Assembly (NCBI GenBank): GCA_951406725.2
Contig: OX597840.1
Location: 14,198,001 to 14,262,000 of the forward strand
Length of the DNA: 64,000 nucleotides
Origin: Octopus vulgaris
Taxonomy: Eukaryota
Direction: 5' to 3'
In this document: positions 11,442 to 23,064 of the stretch, in pieces
Layout: each line of letters starts with the position of its first letter
Position numbering within the stretch: position 1 is the stretch's first letter
The notes under the pieces: model-generated
What the model was told of the DNA's origin: nothing
The model's database searches: none
Seen by the model: the letters and a program-made list of their open reading frames with translations, nothing else
Program-made: the position numbers and the translations under genes

Positions 11442-12062
11442 ATAAAGAAAACAAAACTAAAAGAAAGCAGGAAGCAGTAATCGATTTGCAAATAATATGC
11501 TTTTAAAATTCTTGATTAAATTCTCATTTAGATAAAAATAAATGGAGAAAACACTTATTTTAAGTATAAAGCAGTTGTGAATCTCTCTTCTTTCATTATA
11601 TGATAGCATCTTTGCACACAGCTAGACATTACACAGATACCAAAATATATCATAGCATGTTTACATACAACATAGCAAGCACAGATATAAAAATATGTGT
11701 TAGCAGGTTCACATGCGACGTATACAGATAATAAAATATAATATAACATAACATATTCATGCACAACTCGACCTTCTCTGGCACCAAAATCTATTATAAA
11801 ATGATTACACACATGCAAATACTAAAAATGCTGTCAGGTTGATTGGAAGACATTTAAATTAAATGAATGGGTACAGCAGTGGTTATATGGTTATCTTAGT
11901 GCTAGGACATTTTATGTAACAACCATATAATACTTAATTAAAAATAACCATCTGCTGTGGCTCTGGCAACATTACCTAAGGGAGACAACTTCTGACATGT
12001 TTTAGAATTATGAAACCTTGTCAGTGAAACAGGCTCCATTGTGCTTAGCAAAGTTATTTATC

Positions 12063-12555
12063 TTTTATCTTTCATTAGTTTCAGTCAATAGACTGCAACC
12101 ATGCTTGAGCACTGCTTTGAAGAATTTTTAGTCAAATGAATTGACCTCGGTACTTAATTTTGTTACGCCTGGTACTTATTTTATCAATATCTTTTGCTGC
12201 ACTGCTGAGTTACAAGGATGTAAACATACCAACACTGGTTATCCAGTTGTGGTGGTAGTGGGACAGACAAAGACACTCCCACACACACACATATACACAA
12301 CAGGCTTCTTTCAGTTTCCATCTACCAAATCCACTCGCTTGTCTTTGGTTGTGTGTGTCTGTGTTTTTCCACCACCACTGCTTAACAACCAGTGTTGGTG
12401 TGTTTATGTCCCTGTAACTTAGTAGTTTGGCAAAAGAAACGGATAAAATAAATACCAGGCTTAATAAAAAAATTCAACTCATGCAAATTGTTCAAGATGG
12501 TGCCCCAGCATGGCCACAGTCAAATAACTGAAACAAGTAAAAGATAAAAAAGAAA
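12063..12555. mobile_element. Inverted pair of family A SINE 3' halves
   Basis: Minus-oriented copy ~12063-12336 abuts plus-oriented copy ~12340-12555. Confidence 0.75.
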
Positions 12556-14151
12556 AGGATTTTATTTACTTCTCATTTCGCTTATATTTTATCTTTTTTC
12601 CAGAATATTCTTTACTATGTTTCAAGCGTTTCATTTAGTTAATTAACTTGGTCGAGCTAATGATCTTGGTTATTTATCATGGAGACGACAATGGTTGTTG
12701 GAGGTGGTCTTGTTAGCTGATTGAGCAAACTATGATAAGAGACATTCCTTCCATGACTGTCTAGTGTGTGACTGTATATCAAGGCTTATACTGTCCAATG
12801 TGTTCTTCCTTTTTTTGAGTTTTGCAGAAGATTTGGTTACTATCTCTAGCTGGTCATTCTACTGTATAGATCGTGACTTATTGGTTCTAGGTGATCTTGT
12901 TGTTTGACCCCTGGTTAACCCTGATTGAGGAGACTTATGATGAAGTGTATTCCAACCATGACTATCCATCCTCATAGTGATCTAATACTATTTTCGCTTA
13001 ATTTCAATTCCATTCATTCGTTTTAATTACAAAATTACAACTTCCAACATTGGCAACAAGAGAATAAGGTATTTATTTTTTGCTGAGTGGGTCCCTTACG
13101 AATGGTTAATATGACATTAGACTGTTGCCAAGGACCTGTTGTGAGATTCTTGTAACTGAAACAAGACAACAACACCAATAGTAATAATAATAATAATCCT
13201 TTCTACTATAGGCACAAGGCCTGAAATTTGGTGGGAGGGGACTAGTCAATTACATCGACCCCAGTTCTCAACTGGTACTTATTTTATCAACCCTGAAAGG
13301 ATGAAAGACCCACCCTAATCAGAACAGCTCATATACTGAGAAAAATGTTGTCAAGCAATATCGTCTCTCTAGTGACCTCTGTTTTGAGCCTAGAGAACAA
13401 GATGCAGAACAGGAAGTAAAATAATTGTTCCTAATGTGGGTACAAGGTCAACGATTTTTAAAGGGAGTGGGGTAGTTGATTACGTTGATTCCTGTACCTT
13501 ACTTGGTATTTTATTTTATGGACCATGGAGGTACTCGAGGCAAAGTTGATCTTGGCGAGATTTGAATTCAGAACTGAAACAACTGAAATAAATCCCTCAA
13601 GCTATTTTAACTGATGCTGTAATAACAGAAAAGACCCCTTGAAATATTTGTTCCAGCTCTTCAAGTTTTGAATTCAAATCTTACTGAAGTCAGCTTTGCC
13701 TTTCATTCTTCCAGGGGCCAGAGGACAAAAAGTAAAGTTGAATCAGCAAGATTTGGTCTCCAAACAGTTTGAAAGATTCTGATTTACAAAGGCTGGGGCT
13801 ATCAATCTCTTTCTGTTTGGGTCATTAATTTGTTCAGAGATAACAGCTTCTACTTGAGTTAGCATCCTTCCAATTCCTCAACAGTTTGACCTTACACAAT
13901 AAGTTCTGTCTGCATCTGTCACAGTTGACTGCACTCAGGTAACTCTCTGACACATCACAGAGCTCTTTTCAGGTTACTGAACACCAAACCAAAGTTCTTA
14001 CAGTCAGAATTTCCTCCCCAACCCCTGTCAGTGCCATCTGGCACCCTGAGTGCTGCATCGTACAATTCTGTTTTATTTTGATGAGGACGGAGGCCCTTTC
14101 TTTGCTACAATGCCAAGACCCACAAGCCCCTATTGATGCCTCTCTTCTTAC

Positions 14152-14203
14152 TGCATCTCCACTTTGCAATGACTTGTCATCACCTGACTTCCAATTAGTG
14201 TCA
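14152..14203 (-). other. Candidate internal exon
   Basis: Long U-rich tract ending ttttgttcttcag; donor GCA|gtaaga; open as DTNWKSGDDKSLQSGDA. Confidence 0.35.
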
Positions 14204-14649
14204 CTGAAGAACAAAATTAATAAATATAGAAAATAAAATGTAAAATAATAAGAATCTACCATTACAAATTTTAATGTCTTCTCTTTAGCACTTTCACATT
14301 CTTTCTATCAAGAAAAAGAACAAAAATTTCTTAATGAAAAAAAATAACATGAAAAACCCAAACAGAAGAAATCAATAACTGAGAAAGGAAAAAATGTAAT
14401 GTGTGTGTGTGTGTGCATGTGAGTGTATGTATGTGAATGTATATGGATATATGTGTATGTATGTGTATGCCTTATCTAAAATATATAAAATTAAGATTAA
14501 AGGAGAGAAAACTTAAATTACAGAAGTAAAATATATTCTGTAATTGTTGAGGAATTCCTTAGCCTAAAAAATAAGTCCAGTAAGGTTTGGTTTAAAAAAC
14601 CAAACCATCGTCAATCTACAGTTATGTTTGCTTTGATGAGATTACGTAC

Positions 14650-14843
14650 TCTCCGCTCATTAAAGAAATAATTAGACTGCACTGAAGACTTAGTGAATGA
14701 AAGAGCATCTCTTTGTAATGATCTGATATAGTTTTAGATTAGAGCAGAGGATCAGAGATATCCGTTTTATTTTCTTTGTGGAAAGAGCACTGCAAACAGT
14801 CCGTGTTGTATGATAAGTCTTTTTCGCAGTTGTGCCATCGTAA
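14650..14843 (-). other. Candidate exon (non-coding or terminal)
   Basis: Acceptor ttttctattttaatccccag; donor AGA|gtacgt; stops in all frames. Confidence 0.35.
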
Positions 14844-15009
14844 CTGGGGATTAAAATAGAAAATGTTTTACATGCCATGGAAACAGGATAGATTTTGGAC
14901 AAAAAAAATAAAAGAGAGAGAGATGTGTTCAGATCACTTCTTTCTGTGGTAGGAATTTTAGTTCTCTAATATAAAACGAGGAGCCTGCAGGGAATTTGAT
15001 AATAGTGGT

Positions 15010-15245
15010 GATTGTAATGATGATGATGATGATTGTAGTGATGGTATGATGAAGATGATAATGAGAAGAAAGAGAATGGTAATTGTAGGGGATTCAAAGT
15101 TAACGGTACTGAGGATGATTATGATGATGATGATGATAATGACGATGATGATGATATTATTATTATTATTATTATTAATATTATTATTATTATTTTCATT
15201 ATTATCATCATTATTATTATTGTTATTATTATTATTATTATTTAT
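15010..15245. repeat. (GAT)n/(TTA)n trinucleotide microsatellites
   Basis: Direct reading. Confidence 0.9.
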
Positions 15246-15254
15246 TTCCACTGA

Positions 15255-15613
15255 TGTCGACTTTACCTTTCATCCTTTCAGGGTCGATAAAAATACGTAC
15301 CAGTTACGCAATGGGGTCAATGTAATCAATTAGCCCCCTCCCCCAAAATTCCAGGCCTTGTGCCTTTAGTAGAAAGGATTATTATAATTATTATTATTTG
15401 AAGGTGGTGAACAGGTAGAATTGTTAGCATGCCAGGCAAATTGCTTAGCGGTATTTTGCTATTGGTATGTTCTGAGTTCAAATTCCGCCAAGGTCAACTT
15501 TACCTTTCACTCTTTTGGGGTTGATAAATTAAGTACCAGTTGAGTATTGGGGTCGATGTAATTGACTAGCCCTCTCCCCAAAATTTCAGGCCTTCTGCCT
15601 ATAATAGAAAGGA
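15255..15613 (+). mobile_element. Two family B SINE copies embedded in (TTA)n
   Basis: Core ctttacctttcatcctttc...gtcgataaa...gtaccagtt twice. Confidence 0.8.
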
Positions 15614-15944
15614 TTATTATTATTATTATTATTATTATATGCTTATTATTATTATTCCAGGGTTATTTGGATTTTAAAATAAGCAATCATGCAGAGGTTT
15701 CCTAATGGGTTCCTTAATTAAGTAGCTCATATTCATCTTGTTGCTGCTGTTGTTGTTTAGCCCCGGATCTGACTTGATTAGGCAGACCTTTGATCAATCA
15801 TATTCCACTTGTGACCATCCTGTCTGTTTCCTTCATACAGAGAACCCGGGATCACATTACTTGACATATCCTTTCCTAGGATGTTGGGATGTGATTTAAG
15901 GAGTATTTGGCTGCTCTTTCTGACAAGCTGAATGTCTGTGTTGA

Positions 15945-16210
15945 GGTTTTTCTGTTGTTGTTACTGTTGCTGCTGCTGCCACTGCTGCTGTTGTTGTTTG
16001 TTGTGGTGGTGGTCATGGTGGTTGTGGTTGTAGTGATGATGATAGTGATGATGATGATGATGATAATGGTTGATAAGTGATAGTAATAATGTTGATGATG
16101 ATGTTGATGACAGTGATAAGGATGACAGGGATGATGGTGATGATGATGATAGTGTTGTTGCTGATAATAATGACAATCTTGGTGGTGATGGTGATAATAA
16201 CATTGATGGG
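15945..16210. repeat. Degenerate trinucleotide (GTT/GCT/GGT/GAT) tract
   Basis: Direct reading; source of spurious poly-H/D/M ORFs. Confidence 0.85.
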
Positions 16211-16309
16211 GTTCATAATAAACATGGAAGAAATGAATGCTGGACACCAATCTCTAATACAGTCAATTCTGAACTCTTGGAGGTCATTTTCCTGTAAAAA
16301 AGAAATAAT

Positions 16310-16523
16310 TGTTTCTACTATAGGCACAAGGCTTCAAATTTGGGGGAAGGGAATAAGTCGATTACATCGCCTCCAGTGTGTAACTGGTACTTATTTAATC
16401 GACCCCGAAAGGAGGAAAGACAAAGTTGACCAAGGTGGAATTTGAACTTTGAATGTAAGGATGGATGAAATACTACTAAGCATTTCGCCCGGTGTGCTAA
16501 CCATTCTGCCAGCTCACCGCCTT
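16310..16523 (-). mobile_element. Family B SINE with 18-bp TSD
   Basis: TSD ctgtaaaaaagaaataat (16292-16309) / ctgtaaagaagaaataat (16524-16541). Confidence 0.88.
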
Positions 16524-17644
16524 CTGTAAAGAAGAAATAATAATGGTCAATGACAGCTAATCGCAGGAGCTCTGACTTTCTTCAGTTCATCACATTTCAC
16601 AATAGAAAAGATTAACTTTGATTGGATGTATCTTTGAAAAGACGAAATATAAATCCTGGACACTCATTTGAATCCCATGAATAGGACAATTTATGGAGCC
16701 TGATCGTGTTGAAGGAGCTTTGTGGGGAAGAACAAAAAAAAACTTACATTTCACAAGTTAATGAGGATGTAAGCAGATGCAATTAGATTTAAAGCAATTA
16801 GATTTAATGAAGCAATTGGCCTTGCCATGGAAAAGGACCACTGACAGAAGTGGATCGGTCAATGTTGTATGTACTTTTGTGTGTGGACTTAATGTGTTTA
16901 GAGAAATGAAAGAGGATGTTGAACAAGATGCGGGTGGTGATGGCAATGATGATGATGATGATGACAGTGTGGTTGTAATAGATAGTTTAATGATTGGGCC
17001 GGGGGTGGGGTGATGGTGGTGATATTGGTGATGTGTGATGATTGTAATGTATAGTGGTCTTGCTGCTGGTGATGATGAGAATGTGGTGGGTGATTTCGAT
17101 GACAATGATGGTGACAACAATGATGTTGGCTATGGCAGTCATAGTGGTAGGAATGGTAATTTTACAGATGATGATGATGATTGGGAAATTGAAGCAAAAG
17201 GTGCTGATAATGATGATGACATTGGTGATAACAACAACGATGATGGTGATGGTGATGGTGGTGTCTTATTTGTCACAGGGGCATCAGATGAGGGGAACAT
17301 TACAAGGACAATTTACAATTTGTTTTGGTGTTGTACATAAAAAAATGAAGGTAAGGAAGGGTGAGGTAGGGGAAACGAGATAAAAGAATACATGCTGTAC
17401 AAAATATGGGAATAGATCTGTGATGCAGTCCTCTTGAATCCGGAGAACTTTCAACTAGAGCTTGTCAAGGAACCTCATGGATCCAGGACCACCCTGCACC
17501 AACAAGAGTACGAACCCTCACCCAACTGTTCTTCTCCAATCTACAGGCACATGCTTAGGATAGGTCCATTTACTCTAACCATTTTTTGCTAGTTGCCCAC
17601 CTTTCCACTGATTCACTGGGAGAGACAGCCCTTTCCTTGCTACT

Positions 17645-18025
17645 CTTTTACTTGTTTCAGTCATTTGACTGTGGCCATGCTGGAGCACTGCCTTTTTTAG
17701 TCGAGCAAATTGACCCTAGGACTTATTCTTTGTAAGCCTAGTACTTATTCTATCGGTCTCTTGCTGAACCACTAAGTTATGGGGATGTAAACACACCAAC
17801 AACAGTTGTCAAGCGATGTTGGGGGGACAGACACAGACACACATACATGTATATATACATATATACGATGGGCTTCTTTCAGTTTCCGTCTACCAAATCA
17901 ACTCACAAGGCTTTGGTCAGCCTGAGGCTATAGTAGAAGACACTTGCCCAAGGTGCCATGCAGTGGGACTGAACCCGGGACCATGTGGTTCATAAGCAAG
18001 CTACTTACCAGACAGCCACTCCTAC
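17645..18025 (-). mobile_element. Family A SINE, full length
   Basis: Complete reverse-complement copy. Confidence 0.9.
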
Positions 18026-18439
18026 TGTTACTTTCCGTTCCAAGTGGAACCAAGTGGAACTTAAAAAAAAGTCAATGAAGGGGATGACCAAAAGGGAATG
18101 TGTCTTTCCTGAAAACTTTCGACTTTGAACCTTACACATTTCCTGTTGTGTTTCCATAGCCACTAGACAGAGGAATGATGATGATGATGACTTTTAACCA
18201 CAAAGGCAACAGGCGGGGGTCAAATTTCAAAAGTATTTTTCAAAAACAATGGAAAGGGTTATGCAGGATTACAGATAAAGATTGGTCTGAAAAATAACTG
18301 TGGGAAAGGAGTGAAATGATACATTCTAATGAGGCAACCATTTAGGGCCAATCATTGAAACTTAAGGAATCTATAATTGCCCTGGCTTTCAAAAGTGATT
18401 GCCCTCTTCTTACTTAGTGGTGTAAAAAAAAAAAAAAAG

Positions 18440-18925
18440 AGTAAAGTTATCTTCTTGAGTCCTGCTGACTCATAAGGGTCAGTTTCATGGTGTGAGTATT
18501 CCCCACCTGGATGGGATGCCAGTCTCTCACAGGATTAACTCATTTTTGCCGGCTGAGTGGACTGGAGTAATGTGAAATGAAGTGCTTTGCTCAAGAATGC
18601 AATTCAATGCCCAGTCTAGGAACATCTCTGTGGTCATTCAGACTGCTAGAAATAGCAGCAAAAGTCATCTGAGTTTGAGGAGGTTTAGGGACGGATACTC
18701 AGTTTCCATGGTGACTGAGTGACCAAGATCGCAACATTCTTCCCTGAATGGAACACTGGTCCCTTGCAGGGTTACTCATTTTTGCCAGCTGAGGAAACTG
18801 AAGCAACATGAAATAAAGTGTCTTGGGCAAGAATGCAATGCACTGCCCAGTCTAGGAATCAAACCCACAATCTTACGATCCTAAGTCCAACACCCTAACT
18901 ACTGAACTGCATGCCTCCATGCTTA
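18440..18925 (-). mobile_element. Two SINE copies related to family C
   Basis: Repeated actcattttgcc(a/g)gctgag...gaaat(g/a)aagtg...caagaatgcaat...cccagtctaggaa; tRNA-like head at ~18850-18920. Confidence 0.65.
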
Positions 18926-19401
18926 GTGGTGTATGTTTACTGTAAATTTAGTAAAGACAACACTTCTGGCTCTGAGTGGAACTTGAAGAAGTCGATGAGG
19001 ACTTGACTGAAGAGGAAAGTTTCAGTCCTTAGACTCTTCGATATTATCTGCTACACAATCTCTTTCACCAAAGCCACCAGACGGAGAACCACCATTTCTA
19101 CCCAAAAGCAAGATGGAGGTACCATTTTCACGAAGGACTTGGCTGATAGTCAGATCTTGTAGGAACATATGTCTTACATACAAGAACAATTATATTGTTC
19201 TGTGTACATCTTGAATAAGCTTGTCTGAATGGTACTTCTCATCTCATACCAGTAATGTCTACTCACTTCAGGAACACTGACAGACCAGGGATTTTTGTAA
19301 ATTAGCCCCAGGATCCAAGTTGGGGGTCCTCCAGACTAGACTCTTTGGTTGATCTTAGTCAATGCTTCAAGTCTTCTTGAGAGCAACAACAACAACAATA
19401 A

Positions 19402-19608
19402 TCCTTTCTACTAAAGGCACAAGGCCTTGGGTGGAAGGGGACTAGTTGATTACATTAACCCCAGTGTTTCACTGGTACTTAATTTATCAACCCTGAAAGG
19501 ATGAAAGACAAATTCAACCTTGGCAGAATTGGAACTCAGAACATAAAGACAGATGAGATACTGCTAAGCATTTGGCCTGGTATGCTAACGATCATGCCAG
19601 CTTTCTAT
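19402..19608 (-). mobile_element. Family B SINE
   Basis: ctggtacttaatttatcaaccctgaaaggatgaaagac core on minus strand. Confidence 0.8.
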
Positions 19609-19728
19609 CTTAATAATAATAATTAATAATAATAATGATAGTCTTTTTAGTATAGGCTCAAGACCTGAAAAAATGGTGGATGGGAATTGATGGTTTTATT
19701 GATGTTTGGTTAATATTTTGTCATCCCT

Positions 19729-20170
19729 AAGGCAGTGAGCTGGCAGAAATGTTGGCATGCCAGGCGAAATGCTTAGTGGTGTTTCATCTGTCGTTACGTT
19801 CTGAGTTCAAATTCCGCTGAGGTCGATTTTGCCTTTCATCCTTTTGGGGGTCGATAAATTAAGTACCAGTTGCATACTGGGGTCGATCTAATCGACTGCC
19901 TCCCTCCCCCAAAATTTCGGACTTTGTGCCTAGATTATAAAAAAATATTTTATCATCTTTAAGGCTTGGCAGAAACATTAGCACACTGGGTGAAATATTT
20001 AGCAGTATTTCGTTTGTCTTTACGTTCTGAGTTCAAATTCCGCTGAGGTCAACTTTGCCTTTCGTCCTTTTGGGGGTTAATAAATTAAGTACTAGTTGCA
20101 TACTGGGGTCGATCTAATCAACTGGCCCCTCCCCCAGACTTTCGAGCTTTGTGCCTAGAATAGAAAAGGA
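19729..20170 (+). mobile_element. Tandem pair of family B SINEs
   Basis: Two head-to-tail copies, bounded and separated by atatttt(a/g)tcatc. Confidence 0.85.
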
Positions 20171-21944
20171 TATTTTATCATCCCCTGAATTATGAACATC
20201 ATAGTCAACTAGAGGGGAATACTTCAAGGCATTTAACTGATATTTTATCAACCCTATATAATTATAATGATGAAAACGGTTATGCCAGTCCTAACAATGG
20301 CTGTGGTTTTGGCAATGGTGGTTGGTGTCATGATGGTGTGGTGATCGCGATCATGATGTTGGCAGCAATAGTATCTCTGCAAAGACATTAGCTATGATAT
20401 TAATGATGCCAACAATCAACCAAAGATTTGATGCCGGGAGACCACATGATTGCCAAATAGACTTCATAACCTCACAGGTAAGCCTGTGTATTTGTGTGTG
20501 CCATGGGGTGGGGGTAATTAATGTGGTGGCGATGTCTTCATGGGTGGACAGGTGGGGGGGGGGGCACTGTGATAAAGTATTTCAATCACACAATCCTTAA
20601 ATGTTAGCAACTGACCTCAGTGAGGGGTGAGTTTGTATAGTGGGGACAAGTGTGGGCAGGATTCTCTAAAAATCCTAGCACTGGTGTAAGGATGAAAGTG
20701 TTCCATGAGGGGGAGGGAGTTATGATAGCAATCTTCTAAATAGAAGTCTAAATTTTTCTAGCAGTTGTTCTTGTAAGAGTTGTTGATGTTTAGTTTTAGG
20801 TTGGACTTGACTGAGCAGACCTAGACACTCTAGCCCTGACCACCCTGTCTTTTGCTCAGATGTTGCCTCTCTATTGCCTTATTTTTTTTCTTGAGTCAGT
20901 GCAGTGTAATTTTAAGTGGGGGATTTGGCTGCTATTTTTAGCATGTAACGTAACAGTTCCTTCGTTAGCTCAATGTCGTTGGTGTTTAGTCCCAGGTCAA
21001 CTTGAGCTTAACAGACATTCCATCCGTGACTATCCCTTTTTCCACTTGAACATACATCCACCTTCCTTTTCAAGATAAGGTGCATTATTTGAGAAATGAG
21101 ATTTGGCTGTTATATCTAGCAAGTTGAATGACTGGAATGTATAGAGTATTTATCATTTGACTTGCAATGAAGCGGGGGGGGGGGGGGCATCTTCTAAAAT
21201 CAACTCCTACGCTGGGTTTGTGGTGGGGGAGGGGTCAGGGCGAGCGGTATGTGCTGAGTGGGGGGTGGGTGAAGTGGATAACGAGTGTAATGTTTATATG
21301 GGTGAGCGAAGGTGGGGGGAATACAAGTTCAGTGATCTTACTGAGAGGGTGAAAAGGCGGGAGAAAAAGGGAAGGGTTGGGTTGTGTAGTGGTGGTCGGG
21401 TTTGGAGGAGGATGTTATTATCTGAAAGATTCGCGAACCACATGAAAGAAAATGGGCTTAAATAGTGTGACACCTCTTGGCAACATTTACCACCACCACC
21501 ACTGCTACTACTACCACCACCACCACCACCACCACTACTACTATCACCACCATTATTGCTCAACATCCCTTCTCTCAAGAGCTAGGGTGGGAGCCTCTGT
21601 GTTGTCAGTCAACATGTTAGAAATAGCAACCAAATCCCCTTCCGAACCGCATCCTACCACCAGAAAAGGACAACTTACATGTTATAGTTAAGTTCCCGAC
21701 ACAAAGGAAAAGATGGGATGGCCATATTTGGAATACTTCCAGTCATAGATCTGAGACTATCTTGGTATTTAGCCCTAGGTCAACCCATATTAAGCAAACT
21801 TAATGATCAAAGGAGTTCCAGCCATGGCGATTCCATTCTTTCTGTAAAGCCAAATGTCACTATTTTGTTGTTTAAACCCAAGTTAGCCCTTGCTGAGCTA
21901 GACTATGATCCATGACAGTCTAGCCATGACCATCGTATTAATTT

Positions 21945-22478
21945 GTGTGGCTGTGTGGTAAGAAGCTTGCTTCCCAACTGCATAGTTGCAGGTTCAGTCC
22001 CACTGCGTGTCACCTTGGGCAAATATCTTCTATTATAGCCTCAGGTTGACCAAAGCCTTGTGAGCAGATTTGGTAGATGAAAACTGAAAGAAGTCCTTCA
22101 TATATATATATATATATTCTTTTACTTGTTTCGGTCATTTGACTGTGGCCATGCTGGAGCATTGCCTTTAGTCGAACAGGAATTATTCTTTGTAAGCCTA
22201 GTACTTATTCTATCGAGCTCTTTTGCCGAACCACTAAGTTACAGAGACATAAACACACTAACATCGGTTGTTATATGATGGTGGGGGGACAAACACACAC
22301 ATACACATATACGATGGGCTTCTTTCAGTTGTCCATGTACCAAATCCACTCACAAGGCTTTGGTCGGCCTGAGGCTATAGTAGAAGACACTTGCCCAAGG
22401 TGCCACACAGTGGGACTGAACCCTGAACCATGTGGTTGGGAAGCAAGCTTCTTACCACACAGTCACACCTGCACCTAT
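21945..22478. mobile_element. Family A SINE 5' half (+) facing a full-length copy (-)
   Basis: Plus head 21945-22100, minus copy 22118-22478, separated by (TA)n. Confidence 0.8.
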
Positions 22479-22662
22479 GTATATACAGAATATGAGGGTT
22501 TAGTTCACTCGTGATCCAAACGAATAGGTACTCTGGGTAAGTGCTATAGTTGGTCGACCATTAGGTTCCAAGACCACAGCTAAGTCTGTATATATTCCTT
22601 ATATACTGTGAATTTTATTCCTTGTAAACTGTAAAGTTTCCCCGTCTAAATATTTTTACCTT

Positions 22663-22738
22663 GTTTCTAATGATGGAATACCCAGTGCACAGACATGCTA
22701 ACCAACCACTTGGGTAATCTCAGAAACGACTGTAAGAC
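22663..22738 (+). ncRNA. Degenerate type I hammerhead motif
   Basis: gttt-CTAATGA-tggaatacccagtg...cacttgggtaatctca-GAAA-cgactg-TA-agac; G5>A in core. Confidence 0.5.
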
Positions 22739-23064
22739 TTCAAATTCACCTTACCCTAATTAAATTATTCTAAATGACTTGAGATACTCGTTCTGTCTTG
22801 GTTTTGATTTTGCCTCTAATATAATCATCATCATCATCATCATAAATGAATGTGTGTATGGCTTTGTGCCTGTTTTTATCCCCCACCACCGCTTGACAAC
22901 TGGTGTTCATGTGTTTATAGTTTGGTAAAGAGATTGATAGAATATGTACCAGGCTTACTGAAAAAGAAAAAAATAGTTCTGGGATCGATTCCTTTGACTG
23001 AAAAATTCTTCAAGACCCAGCATGGCCATAGTCTTATAACAGAAACAATAGATCAGAGATCAGA

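Noticed and set aside
14958-17383. Poly-His, poly-Asp, poly-Met and poly-Asn ORFs
   Set aside because: Trinucleotide repeats open in several frames on both strands; no splice or homology support.
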